64,000 nt of DNA from Cenarchaeum sp. (GTDB taxonomy: Archaea > Thermoproteota > Nitrososphaeria > Nitrososphaerales > Nitrosopumilaceae): contig CBDESU010000001.1 of the NCBI GenBank assembly GCA_965242695.1, positions 544,001 through 608,000 on the forward strand, read 5' to 3'. Under the pieces are notes generated by a model. It ran no database searches. It worked only from the letters and a program-made list of their open reading frames with translations, and was not told where the DNA came from. This document shows positions 1 to 9,803 of the stretch, one piece after another; positions within the stretch are counted from its first letter, which is position 1, and each line of letters begins with the position of its first letter. The position numbers and the translations under genes were made by a program.

Positions 1-1297
1 CGCTGTGGGTCATCACCAAGACTCCTGCGCCGTCCCTCACGAGCCGGACCAGGTACTTTGCCAGGACCAGATGGGCTTTGGGATGGAGGTGCTCGTCGGG
101 CTCTTCGATGATGAGAAGGTCGCCTCTGCCTACGACATGCTTTAGGTACAGCGACAGCGGCGCAATGCCTGAGATCGCCGACGAGCACCGGCGCAGCGGC
201 ACCCTGCCCTCGTCACCATAGTACGCGATCTCGCGGCATCCGCCCCCTGTGGGCGCGTCCAGCCGGATGCTCCCGCCAAACAGCTCGTTGTCCATGGATT
301 CGGCCAGCGCCGAGAACGGCCCGCTTGTCGTCTCTGCCAGGGCCAGTTCCGACAAGAGATCGCCGGCGGCCCCCGTCATGCCCTGCGCGCCGCCCCCGTG
401 CCGTCCCGACGCTAGCGTATCGGGATCCAGCGCCCTGGGGACCTGCAGCATGCCGGAGGCGGCGGGAGGGATGTGGTGTACATGGCGCGGGGCGGCATGA
501 AACGCAATCCCCGCGGATATGCGCTCCATTATGTCCATGGCCAGCGCGTTGGACAGCTTGTGCGGATCCGTGTCCGGCCCCAATCCGATCGCGTCGACTT
601 CGGGCTGCGGTTGCGGCTGCCGTCCGTCTTTCCGGGCTGTGCCGCCCTGCCGGCCCGCGGGGGCGGCGGCGGCCACGCTGTAGCCGGGGCTTCCCGGGGG
701 CGCCTCTACTACATATCCCGATGCCATGCCGACCGCCCTTGCCGACAGCCGGTCGCCTAGCGCGACGGACAGCCTGCGCAGCCTGCCCGTGCGGGGGTCT
801 CGCTCGGAGATGTCGACGGCGGCCGTGCCGCCGCTTCCGTCCCTTGCCAGGCCGCGCGGCTCAGAGCCAAAGTCCCAGGCGATCTGCTCCTCCAGTACGG
901 GGCAGAGCTCCCCTGCCAGCAGGGATCGCAGCACCCTGCCGGACTCGGCCCCCGTTACGGCCATCCGGCGCCGGTTTTTTCCGTGCTTTCGCGCCAGCAG
1001 GCTGCGGAAGGCTGGGGCGGATTCGCTGTCGGCCAGCCTCCAGCGGGCGCCGGCTACGTCCCGCTGCGCCGTCAGGATCGAGCGCAGCATCGTTGCCACG
1101 TACGACTTGCCAGAGTTGTTGGGCCCGATGAGGATCGTCAGCGGCCTTATGGCGATGGATCCCCTCGCCACCGGCCCAAAGTTCCTGACTGCGATGTCGA
1201 GGCGGATCGGCGGAGGGCCAGACCCGCCGCCCCGACCCGCCGCCCCAGTTCCGCCTTTTGCGCCCCGCCGCCCCCGCGCTGCGCCCTGCCCCGGCAT
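1..1297 (-). CDS. AAA_21/AAA_15-type (ABC-like) ATPase, OLD/AbiEii-associated class; 3' end runs off the window
   Basis: Manual translation, not in the ORF track: ATG at 1297, then 'IAVRNFGPVARGSIAIRPLTILIGPNNSGKSY' (Walker A) and 'LLIIEEPDEHLHP...VLVMTHS' (Walker B, D-loop, H-loop), in the same frame down to base 2. Confidence 0.88.
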   Translation of the reverse strand, partial: MPGQGAARGRRGAKGGTGAAGRGGGSGPPPIRLDIAVRNFGPVARGSIAIRPLTILIGPNNSGKSYVATMLRSILTAQRDVAGARWRLADSESAPAFRSLLARKHGKNRRRMAVTGAESGRVLRSLLAGELCPVLEEQIAWDFGSEPRGLARDGSGGTAAVDISERDPRTGRLRRLSVALGDRLSARAVGMASGYVVEAPPGSPGYSVAAAAPAGRQGGTARKDGRQPQPQPEVDAIGLGPDTDPHKLSNALAMDIMERISAGIAFHAAPRHVHHIPPAASGMLQVPRALDPDTLASGRHGGGAQGMTGAAGDLLSELALAETTSGPFSALAESMDNELFGGSIRLDAPTGGGCREIAYYGDEGRVPLRRCSSAISGIAPLSLYLKHVVGRGDLLIIEEPDEHLHPKAHLVLAKYLVRLVRDGAGVLVMTHS

Positions 1298-1693
1298 GCG
1301 AGCGGGCGGCCGCGCCGGCGTAATGTGCCTTGCGCATGGTGGGCCGGAGGCGTCGCACGGCGGACGGGGTGCCGTTGGCAAACGACATGCGCTGCACCGC
1401 GGCGCCCTGTCCGAGGCCGCCGCTGCCCCCTCGTGGCCTTTCCCGTCGGCATCCGCCCCACAAATTGTCCTGCGATCGCCTGCGGCGTTCGCCGTCCGAC
1501 AGGGCGCTCGCTGCGCGCCGCCGGGCGCGATGCAGGCCGCCCTGCATACGCCTGGCCATCATCGGGGCCGGGCCCGACGCCCCGCCGTGGGGAAGTCTGG
1601 GCACCGTGTGGGGTTATATGGGAACGCGGTTGCGTGCCGCATGGGGCGGGTCATGGAAATTCACGTCTGCACACCACAGGAGGGGGCGCATCA

Positions 1694-2806
1694 ATGAATG
1701 CCAAGTCTGGCGCACGCGGGGCCCGACAGGCGGCGGTCGACAGTGTACTAGGAAGCGCCGGACGTAGGCGCCGCGGGCGAAACTACACCGCCGTGGACTC
1801 GGCCCGCACCTCTCCCGAATCGCCAAGGCCGCGCGTCTCGATCACGCACGGGGATGCGCTGTCCGCCTACTCCAAGTGGAGGACTCCCGTCGTCATCGTA
1901 TCCGACGGGCCGTACGGCCTCGGCATGTTCGACGGCGATCCGGACGGGGTCGAGGGCCTGGCCGAGTTCTACGAGCCGCACGTGATCCAGTGGTCCAAGC
2001 ACTCTACGAACCAGACCACGCTGTGGTTTTGGTGCACGGAGATCGGGTGGGCCACAGTCCATCCGGTCCTGGAGAGGCACGGCTGGCGCTACACCAGCTG
2101 CCACGTGTGGAACAAGGGCATAGCGCACATAGCGGGAAACGTCAACACGAGGACCATCCGAAAGTTCCCGGTCGTCACGGAGGTGTGCGTCCAGTACACA
2201 ATGGACAAGGGCGTGTCCGGCGTCCCCGTCAAGGACTGGCTCAGGGCGGAGTGGGAGCGCACCGGCCTTCCGCTGTACAGGACAAACGAGGCGTGCGGGC
2301 TGAAGAACGCGGCGACGCGAAAGTACTTTACAAGGGACAGGATGTGGTACATGCCGCCCCCGAAAGAGTTTGAAAAGATTTCCCGGTACGCCAACAGGCA
2401 CGGGCGGCGCCAGGGCCGGCCGTACTTTTCGCTCGACGGCGGCTCGCCGGCGGGGGCCCCGGAGTGGGAAAGAATGCGCGCCAAGTTCAGGTGCCCCGTC
2501 GGCGTCACCAACGTGTGGAGCGAGCCGCCGCTGCACGGGGGCGAGCGCATCAAGAGGGGATCGACACCCGTCCACTGCAACCAAAAGCCCGTGAGCATCA
2601 CGCGCCTGATCATAGAGTCGTCGTCCGACCCGGGCGACGTGGTGTGGGAGCCGTTCGGCGGCCTGTGCACCGCCGCCGTGGCGTCGGCAGGCCTGGGGCG
2701 GTGGTGCTACAGCGCCGAGATCGACCGGAAGTTTTATGACCATGCGGCCGGCCGCCTTGCCGATGAGTGCCGTGGACTCGGTGTCGGCCGCCGACGCCCC
2801 CGCTAG
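1694..2806 (+). CDS. Site-specific DNA methyltransferase (N4-C/N6-A, beta class)
   Basis: Catalytic-like 'SDGPY' near the N-terminus; 'HCNQKP' and SAM motif 'VVWEPFGG...SAEID' near the C-terminus. ATG at 1694 (MNAKS); the longer ORF-track start is GC noise. Confidence 0.88.
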   Translation: MNAKSGARGARQAAVDSVLGSAGRRRRGRNYTAVDSARTSPESPRPRVSITHGDALSAYSKWRTPVVIVSDGPYGLGMFDGDPDGVEGLAEFYEPHVIQWSKHSTNQTTLWFWCTEIGWATVHPVLERHGWRYTSCHVWNKGIAHIAGNVNTRTIRKFPVVTEVCVQYTMDKGVSGVPVKDWLRAEWERTGLPLYRTNEACGLKNAATRKYFTRDRMWYMPPPKEFEKISRYANRHGRRQGRPYFSLDGGSPAGAPEWERMRAKFRCPVGVTNVWSEPPLHGGERIKRGSTPVHCNQKPVSITRLIIESSSDPGDVVWEPFGGLCTAAVASAGLGRWCYSAEIDRKFYDHAAGRLADECRGLGVGRRRPR

Positions 2807-3536
2807 GGAGTGGGAGCACTACGGGGTATGGAGCGCCGTCCGCTCTGCCATGGGCTCCATACGGAAGGAGTTCGACAGCGCCGTGTCGGTGAGCGGCGTG
2901 TCCGCATGCGACCTGCACACGTGGGGCAGCGTGCTGTCGGCCGCGGTGGAGGTCGAGGTCGTCAAGTGCCTCAACGGCATCCGCGATGCCTGGGACGGGA
3001 ACGGGGAGTACGCCGGCTGCTCGTTTCGCCGCCAGGCCGAACGGTACCCCGACGTGGTGCTCGCCTGCGGGGAGCGGCGCGAGGATATCGTGCTGGGGAT
3101 AGAGATCAAGTCCTGGTACGTCATGGCCAAGGAGGGCGAGCCAAGCTTTAGGTTCAAGACCACGCTCGGCGCCTGCCCCCCGCAGGACTTTTTGCTGGTC
3201 GTCCCGTGGTCGCTCTCGAGCGTCCTGTCGGGCACGCCCGTGGTCTTTGATCCGTACGTGACGGGAACCCGGACGGTGGCAAGGCGGCGCAACAAGTGGT
3301 GGGCCGACACACGCAGGTCGCACGACGGCACCGGCATACGCGTGCCGGACGGGGTCGGACCCTACCCGGGCGCGCGCGAAAACATATCCGACGAGGCGGC
3401 CTCGGATGCCGGGGGCAACTTTGGGCGCCTGGCCAGGATGGGCATGTTTGACGAGTACAAGGGGCGGATCAACGGCGAGGAGATTGCGGGAGTTGCCGTG
3501 TCGCGCTGGCAGCAGTTTCTCGGCGGACTGCAGTAG
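2763..3536 (+). CDS. Putative type II restriction endonuclease (PD-(D/E)xK)
   Basis: 'RYPDVVL...LGIEIKSW' motif; overlaps the 3' end of the MTase gene. Confidence 0.72.
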   Translation: MSAVDSVSAADAPAREWEHYGVWSAVRSAMGSIRKEFDSAVSVSGVSACDLHTWGSVLSAAVEVEVVKCLNGIRDAWDGNGEYAGCSFRRQAERYPDVVLACGERREDIVLGIEIKSWYVMAKEGEPSFRFKTTLGACPPQDFLLVVPWSLSSVLSGTPVVFDPYVTGTRTVARRRNKWWADTRRSHDGTGIRVPDGVGPYPGARENISDEAASDAGGNFGRLARMGMFDEYKGRINGEEIAGVAVSRWQQFLGGLQ

Positions 3537-3805
3537 GGCGCAGCGGCCGCGCCGAGGCGGGCGGCGGCGTCTGCGGCCGCGCCCGCTGCCGCCTGGCGGC
3601 GTCCGGCGCGGCGCATGCAGGCCCTTCCGCAGGCATCCATGCCGCCCTGCCGATGCGGCCGCCGCGGCGGCGGGGACGCGATCGGAGCGGGGCCGCGGGC
3701 GGGCCGCATCAATCCGCGACTTGCGGGCCGCCGGGGCCCCCGCTGCACGGCCGCCCGCTTGGCGCATCCAAAACCGATTAATCCGGCGCCCGCCGCGGCC
3801 CGCCC

Positions 3806-5140
3806 GTGAGGGTCCTGTTCGTAGGTCCGAGCGGCGTAAACCTGCGCGTTGCGGTCGAGCGCATCGCCGCGCACTGCCGCGGGGACGGGGAAGCGGGGAG
3901 CGGGAGCGGCCAGAGCCGGCTCGGCCCAGAGTGGGAGGGCGCCGCCGGCGCGGCCCCGCTGCGCGGCGGCCCCGACGGCCCCGTCGGCGAGATCTCTACG
4001 CACTACGTCGAGGACCACATCGGCGACATGCAGCCGTACCTGGACAGGGACGGGCTTGCGCTGCAGCAGCGCACGTGGGAGGACGCGTGCGACGAGGCCC
4101 TCGACGAGGTCGAGTCGCAGGACGGGCCAGGCGCCGTTCACCACTTTCTCGGCATGCACATGCCGCACTACCGCAAGGACCGGCTGTTCCCCGTGCCGTC
4201 GATGAAGCGCTTTGGGCGGTACGCCCCCGACGTCGTACTGACGCTAGTCGACGACGTGCACACCTGCTACCAGCGCATCAGGCGGCGGCCGCGCACGCGC
4301 AGCAACTTTACCCTACACGACATACTAGTGTGGAGGTCGCTGTCCGTGTACGAGGGCGACACGATCGCCGCCGCCATGACGGACATGCTCGGCAGGCCGG
4401 TCCGAAACTACGAGGTGGCCGTAAAGCACCCCCTCTCGACGTTCGAGCGCCTCTTGTTCCGCCCGTCGGCGCGGCGCATGTACGCATCGTTCTCGATATC
4501 TGGCGTGCGCGGCGATGCGGACAAGAGAAGGGCGATCGACTCGTTTCGGGCAAAGCTGCACGCCCGCTTCTGCGTGCTCGACCCGCTCACAATAGACGAC
4601 AGGCTGTGCCAGAACCGGCTAGAGGCGATGAGGGCCGAGCGGGGCGGCGGGCCGATCGATCCGTCCGAGATGGTCGTGCTGACGGGGGCCGAGAGGTGGC
4701 CGCTCGGCGAGGGGTTCTCGACGGTAGGCGACGTTCTCGACGCCGAGACGGGCGCGCCGGTGTTCCCCGTCGAGCTGCCGGCGCGCGAGATCGCAGAGAT
4801 TGCCGAGCCGAAGGAGACCGAGCAGGGGCGCGACCCGAGCGTCATCGACAACATGATACGCGAGCGCGACCTGCGGATGATAGACCAGGCATCAGTCGTC
4901 GTCGCGTACAGGCCCAACATCGCCGGCAGGATCTCGAGGGGCGTGGCCCACGAGGCGGCGTACGCCTCGCAGGTGAGGCCGAGGCGTTGGTACTGCGTGT
5001 GGCCGCAGTGCGACGGGCCGGCCGACGACGGGCCGTTCGGGCACCTCGCCGGGACCGGCATATCGTACGAGGACGAGGACGAGCTGATCCGCGACCTGGA
5101 GGCCGAGGATGCGGGCGGGGGAGGGCGGGGGGCGGAGTGA
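3806..5140 (+). CDS. Adenylate-kinase-like P-loop domain fused to a C-terminal nucleoside 2-deoxyribosyltransferase-like domain
   Basis: N-terminal 'RVLFVGPSGVN' (degenerate Walker A); C-terminal 'YASFSIS...RDLRMIDQASVVVAY...ISRGVAHEAAYA' resembles NDT motifs. TATA-like 'gattaaat' about 25 bp upstream. Confidence 0.6.
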   Translation: MRVLFVGPSGVNLRVAVERIAAHCRGDGEAGSGSGQSRLGPEWEGAAGAAPLRGGPDGPVGEISTHYVEDHIGDMQPYLDRDGLALQQRTWEDACDEALDEVESQDGPGAVHHFLGMHMPHYRKDRLFPVPSMKRFGRYAPDVVLTLVDDVHTCYQRIRRRPRTRSNFTLHDILVWRSLSVYEGDTIAAAMTDMLGRPVRNYEVAVKHPLSTFERLLFRPSARRMYASFSISGVRGDADKRRAIDSFRAKLHARFCVLDPLTIDDRLCQNRLEAMRAERGGGPIDPSEMVVLTGAERWPLGEGFSTVGDVLDAETGAPVFPVELPAREIAEIAEPKETEQGRDPSVIDNMIRERDLRMIDQASVVVAYRPNIAGRISRGVAHEAAYASQVRPRRWYCVWPQCDGPADDGPFGHLAGTGISYEDEDELIRDLEAEDAGGGGRGAE

Positions 5141-5642
5141 GTGCATGCCCAGAGTGTGCCTGCGCTGGCTGCCTTGCGACCCGCATGCGCGGCGGCGGCA
5201 CGGGGGCATGGATCCCGGTGCGAGTGGATCTGCGCGACCGTCTAGGCCGGCGCCGTTCCAAGGGCGGCGGGATGCGCGGAGTGGGGCAGATGCCAAGCCA
5301 GCAAGAGTCCGTCAGGCCGGCCGGCGGAAGATCCTGCCGGTCCTGCCTCAAGCATCCGTACGCCAAGCGATCCGCGATCGCTCTGTGGCATGTGCGCGAC
5401 GGCGGCCGACACGTCGACACGCCATGGCCCTGCATGCGGCATGGTCGCGCACGAACCAGTCGGCAAGGGGTGCGGCCTGTCCTGCCGTAGAGGCGTTGCG
5501 ACGCCTGAACTGGCACACCGCATTTAAATGTGGCTGTTGTCCAGCGGCGGCAATGCGCATGCGACAAGCCGCCGGCCCCTCCCGTGCGACACTATCCAGA
5601 GGTTGACGGGCAGGCACGGTGCCGGCACGGGAGTGGCTTGCC

Positions 5643-6119
5643 ATGTTCATCACAAAAAAGTCTGCCGTTGAGCTGGGATACATACTAAAACACGTACCCG
5701 GGTACGAGTTTTCCTTGGACGAGTTCGATGATCGCCTCAGGTTTCAGAAGACGGTGTACCTTTTGCAGGCGTTTGGAATAAACATGGGGTACGAGTTCGC
5801 GTGGATCCTGCGGGGGCCGTACTGCACGCTTGCCGCGCACGACGGCTACGACCTGCGCGACGTCTACGACTCTATACCTACAGGGGGCAAGGTGTTCAAA
5901 AGTGGAAGTGCCAACAAGGCGTTCAAGAAGTTCTGCCGGTACGTGGGGAACAAGAGCACGAGGGACTTGGAGATCGCCGTGTACCTGCACTATTACAAGC
6001 TCACGGAGGACTGGGACGAGGCGCGCATCAAGGAGGCTGTCGCGGGCTGCCGCGAAGAGTTCACAAGGGGCATGGTCGACCGGGTGTGGTGCGATATGAG
6101 GCAGGCGGAGCTGGTTTGA
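5643..6119 (+). CDS. YwgA/Panacea(SocA)-like winged-helix antitoxin-type protein
   Basis: 'RLRFQKTVYLLQ...YEFAWILRGPY...LEIAVYLHY' signature; lower GC than the flanks. Confidence 0.7.
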   Translation: MFITKKSAVELGYILKHVPGYEFSLDEFDDRLRFQKTVYLLQAFGINMGYEFAWILRGPYCTLAAHDGYDLRDVYDSIPTGGKVFKSGSANKAFKKFCRYVGNKSTRDLEIAVYLHYYKLTEDWDEARIKEAVAGCREEFTRGMVDRVWCDMRQAELV

Positions 6120-6648
6120 TGCGCGAATCCAAAGCGGCGCTCGGCCTTGACGCTGATCTGTCGTCCAAAGCGCGGTTCGGCTCAGATGTCGGGCCTTGCG
6201 ACGACCCTCGCAACAGTTAATGATGCCAGAGCGGGATGCAAGCCGCCTGCAACGCGCAGCAAGGGCTGCCTGACACGGGCGGCCGGCAGATCCGGCTGCG
6301 CCCGTGGGTTCGGAAACGGCCTACATCGGACACATTCCGACGGGAGGGAGGGGGGTGGCGGTTCTGACATCGCCGTAGCATCGCGGACGGCGGCGGGGCC
6401 GGCACCCTGCGCACTGCGAGGGCGGGGCGTGATTGAAAAGCCGCAGCCGCCTCTTGCGAATTCTGCCCGATGCCGCATGCTTGGCGCAGGCTGCGCCCGG
6501 GGCGCCAGCGACGCCGCTCCTGTGCGAGGCGGACAGGCGCCCGCAGGCCGAACAATGGCGGCGCGACGGTCGTCGTTCCGCAGGACCGATGTCTGCTCGA
6601 CGGCGACTCGAAACCGATTTAACGCCGCCGCTAGGCCGCGCCGCCGTC

Positions 6649-6882
6649 GTGCTGTACCACTTTGAGCTGCAGATGGCAGGGGTCGTCCTGTTCGCGGCCA
6701 TGGCCGCCGGCGCCGTCAGCCTGTGGCTCAAGAGGCGCCGCGAGAGGGCGGCCGACGAGGAGCGGGCGCGCGCCGAGGCCGAGGAGCGGGCGCGCGAGGT
6801 GGAGATGGGCGCGAGGGCCGACGGCGGGCAAGAGCCGAGGCAGGCCGGCGGCGACGGCGAGGGCCCGCAACCAAACAAATAG
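6649..6882 (+). CDS. Small single-pass membrane protein
   Basis: GTG after TATA-like 'tttaac'; hydrophobic 'MAGVVLFAAMAAGAVSLWL' followed by a charged tail. Confidence 0.55.
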   Translation: MLYHFELQMAGVVLFAAMAAGAVSLWLKRRRERAADEERARAEAEERAREVEMGARADGGQEPRQAGGDGEGPQPNK

Positions 6883-6902
6883 GCCGCCCCAGCGTGCCCG
6901 GC

Positions 6903-7490
6903 ATGCGGCTCGTCGTGGCCATTACTGGCAGCACCGGCGTAGTCTACGGGGTGCGCCTCCTAGAGGCGCTCGGCGAGGCGGGTGTCAAGACAGACCTCGT
7001 CCTCTCAAAGTGGGGCGCAAAGTGCATACCGATGGAGACCGACAGGACAGAGGCGCATGTCCGGTCGCTCGCCGATGCGGTCCACGACGACTCGAACATG
7101 GCGGCCCCCGTCTCTAGCGGCACCCACCGGACGGACGGCATGGCCATCGTCCCGTGCAGCATGAAGACGCTCTCGGCCGTGGCGCACGGGTACGACGACA
7201 CGCTCGTCGCGCGCGCGGCAGGCGTGACGATAAAGGAGGCCGGCAGGAGGCTTGTCGTCGTCCCGCGCGAGGCGCCCCTGTCCGCAATACACCTCGAGAA
7301 CATGCTGCGCCTTGCAAGGCTCGGCGTGGTGGTGCTGCCGCCGGCCCCGGCGTTCTACACGAGGCCAAGGTCGGTCGCCGATATAGTCGACCATACGGTC
7401 GGCAAGTGCCTCGACCAGTTCGGCATAGATCACTCGCTGTACAGGCGGTGGGGGGACCGCGGGGACGCCGGCAGGCAGGTGCAGCTCTAG
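6903..7490 (+). CDS. ubiX: Flavin prenyltransferase UbiX
   Basis: 'MRLVVAITGSTG', 'SSGT...PCSMKTL', 'RAAGVTIKE', 'PREAP', 'PAFY'. Confidence 0.95.
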   Translation: MRLVVAITGSTGVVYGVRLLEALGEAGVKTDLVLSKWGAKCIPMETDRTEAHVRSLADAVHDDSNMAAPVSSGTHRTDGMAIVPCSMKTLSAVAHGYDDTLVARAAGVTIKEAGRRLVVVPREAPLSAIHLENMLRLARLGVVVLPPAPAFYTRPRSVADIVDHTVGKCLDQFGIDHSLYRRWGDRGDAGRQVQL

Positions 7491-7553
7491 GGGGCCGGCG
7501 TGCTGCGGGGCCCCGCAAAAACGCTTAAGGGAGGCAGGCGGGCGGCGGCCACG

Positions 7554-8492
7554 TTGGACTACGACGAGATGGCCGACTTTGTACGGCATACGATGAAGAT
7601 GACGAGCGTGTACCAGCCGATTGTAATACGCACTCTCATCGAGTCGGGTGGGGAGGCGACCGACGAGGACGTGGCCAGGGCGTTCCTAGGCGAGGACAAG
7701 AGGCAGCTGGAGTACTATGTCCGTATTGCAAAGCGGTGGCCGCGAAATGTGCTAGAGGGGCACGGCGTCGTGGGGTACCGCAAGGGGGCCCGGGGCGAGA
7801 GCGGCACATTCACCCTCCGCCTGGAGGGGGCGACGGATGCGCAGCGCCGGAGGATCGCCGAGCTGTGCAACCTGCGCCTGGAGGAGTACATCGACAAAGA
7901 GACCGCCGGCATGCCGCTGTTCGGCGGGACCGGGCAGAGGCCGGCCGCGTCCGATGCGGCCAGGGACGCGGCGCTTGCACGGTCGGGCGGCATGTGCGCC
8001 GCATGCAGCACGCCGCTGCACAAGACCTCGACGCGCTTCGACTACATCGTGCCGCCGGGAATCGGCGGCGGCGCCGACGACCCGTCCAACCTGCAGGCGC
8101 TGTGCGCCGTGTGCAGCGTTTCCCGGAAGGACAGGAACGCGCTCGAGTTTCTGCTGGTGCGCAACCGCCTCATGTTCCGTAAGGGGTGCTACCTGTGCGG
8201 CGTGCGCGAGAGCGCCGACCTGGGCAACGAGCTGGCAGTCGCCGTGCCGGCCAGCCGCAAGGCGACATACGGGGACCACTGGATCGTGGCCCCCAAGAGC
8301 CACGTGCCGCGCTTCGAAGATATGCTGCCGGCCGAGAGGCACTTTTGCATGGATCTGATCGAGCCGGCCAAGGTGCGCATGCGCCAGGCCGGCTACATGG
8401 GGCGCGGGTTCAGCGTGAGCATGCGGGACGCGGCCGCCGGCGGCCGCGGCCACTTTGGAATCGACGTCGTGCCGGCGCCAAGCGCGGCGTAG
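7554..8492 (+). CDS. HNH-like + HIT-like fusion protein with degenerate catalytic motifs
   Basis: 'MKMTSVYQP' N-terminal domain; 'CAAC...DYIVP..GGGADDPSNLQALCAVC' (HNH-like); 'CYLC...HWIVAPKSHV...HFGIDVVP' (HIT-like). TTG start after 'cttaag'. Confidence 0.7.
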   Translation: MDYDEMADFVRHTMKMTSVYQPIVIRTLIESGGEATDEDVARAFLGEDKRQLEYYVRIAKRWPRNVLEGHGVVGYRKGARGESGTFTLRLEGATDAQRRRIAELCNLRLEEYIDKETAGMPLFGGTGQRPAASDAARDAALARSGGMCAACSTPLHKTSTRFDYIVPPGIGGGADDPSNLQALCAVCSVSRKDRNALEFLLVRNRLMFRKGCYLCGVRESADLGNELAVAVPASRKATYGDHWIVAPKSHVPRFEDMLPAERHFCMDLIEPAKVRMRQAGYMGRGFSVSMRDAAAGGRGHFGIDVVPAPSAA

Positions 8493-8512
8493 GCGGTTGC
8501 CGCCGATCGCGC

Positions 8513-9784
8513 CTACAGCAGCCCCAGGCGGCGGCCCGCCCTGCCGAACGCGTCGAGCTGCGCCGTCGATGTCGGCGGCATCGAGCAGGGCGGTCACCGA
8601 GACGCGCATCCTGGCGGCCCCGCGCGCCACGGTCGGGTACCTCACGGGGAGCGCGTACACGCCGAGCCGCGCCAGCTCGGCCCCAAGATCCACGGCGGCG
8701 CCCTCTGAGCCGACCATTACCGGCATGATGTGGGTCGGGCCTCCTCCCGGCGGCTCGCCGCCGGTGGCCCCTGCGCCGCTCCCCCTGCCCCCCGCGCCGC
8801 ACTCGAACCCGAGGGACGCGAGCCCCCCGCCCAGGCGCTTGACGTTGGACCACAGGCGCCGGCGGCGCGACTCGCGGGCCGGCCCGTCGGCCATTCTGGC
8901 GGCGGCATCGCGCACGACGGCAGGCGGCAGGGCCGACGTGTAGACGAGCGGGCGGGACGCGTTGACGAGCAGGTCGACGACGCCGGCATCGGCCGCAACG
9001 TACCCGCCGAACGACCCGAGCCCCTTGCTCAGGCTGCTCGTGTGCACGTCGACCATATCGGACACGCCTAGAGCGTCCGCCGTGCCGCGCCCTTCACCGC
9101 CCATGACAAAGTCGCCGTGCGCGTCGTCAAGCACGACGGACGCGCCGTGCGAGGCGGCCATCTCGCATATCTCGGGCAGGGCCGCCACGTCCCCGTCCAT
9201 GCTGAACACGCCCTCGGTCAGGACGAACGTGCGGCCCCCTCTGCCCCAGCGCCGCCCTCTTTCGCCCCTGCAAGGGCGCCCCGCAAAGAGTCCATGTCGT
9301 TGTGCGCGTACACGGCAATCCTGGCGCCGGACAGCCTGCACGCGTCGATCATGCTCGCGTGGTTGAGCGAGTCGGACAGGATGGCGTCCCCGGGGCCGGC
9401 AAGGCACTGCACGGCGCCGAGGTTGGCCATGTACCCCGTCGGGTACACGAGAGCGGCGCCGGCCGAGCGGTGGGCCGCAAGGGCCTCTTCAAGCCCCCCG
9501 TACGACGCGTCGTTGCCCGAGGCGAGGCGCGAACCGGGCGATCCCAGGCCGCCCTCAGCCCCGATGCTGGGCGCTGCCAGGCCGAGATAGTCGTTTGACG
9601 CAAGGTTGATCAGCGGGCGCCCATCAACCACAATCTTCGAGCCGCGCACCTCGCCGCCGCGCAGCCTCCGGTACAGCCCGCCGCGGCGCAGCCCGTCCAG
9701 GCGGGCGGACGCGGCGGCTGCGAGCGAGCCAGCCGCGGTGGCCCCAGACTGCAGCGGGCCATATGCCGCCCCACTTGCATCCAT
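8513..9784 (-). CDS. bioF: 8-amino-7-oxononanoate synthase BioF, with two apparent frameshifts (~9240-9290 and ~8555)
   Basis: 'NLASNDYLGL', 'GYMANLG', 'SDSLNHASMIDA' in one frame; 'TEGVFSMDGD', 'DDAH', 'SLSKGLGSFGG', 'PTVARGAARMRVS' in another; a third frame ends 'LDAFGRAGRRLGLL*'. Confidence 0.88.
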
Positions 9785-9803
9785 GCCAGCACCGCGCGCA
9801 CTG

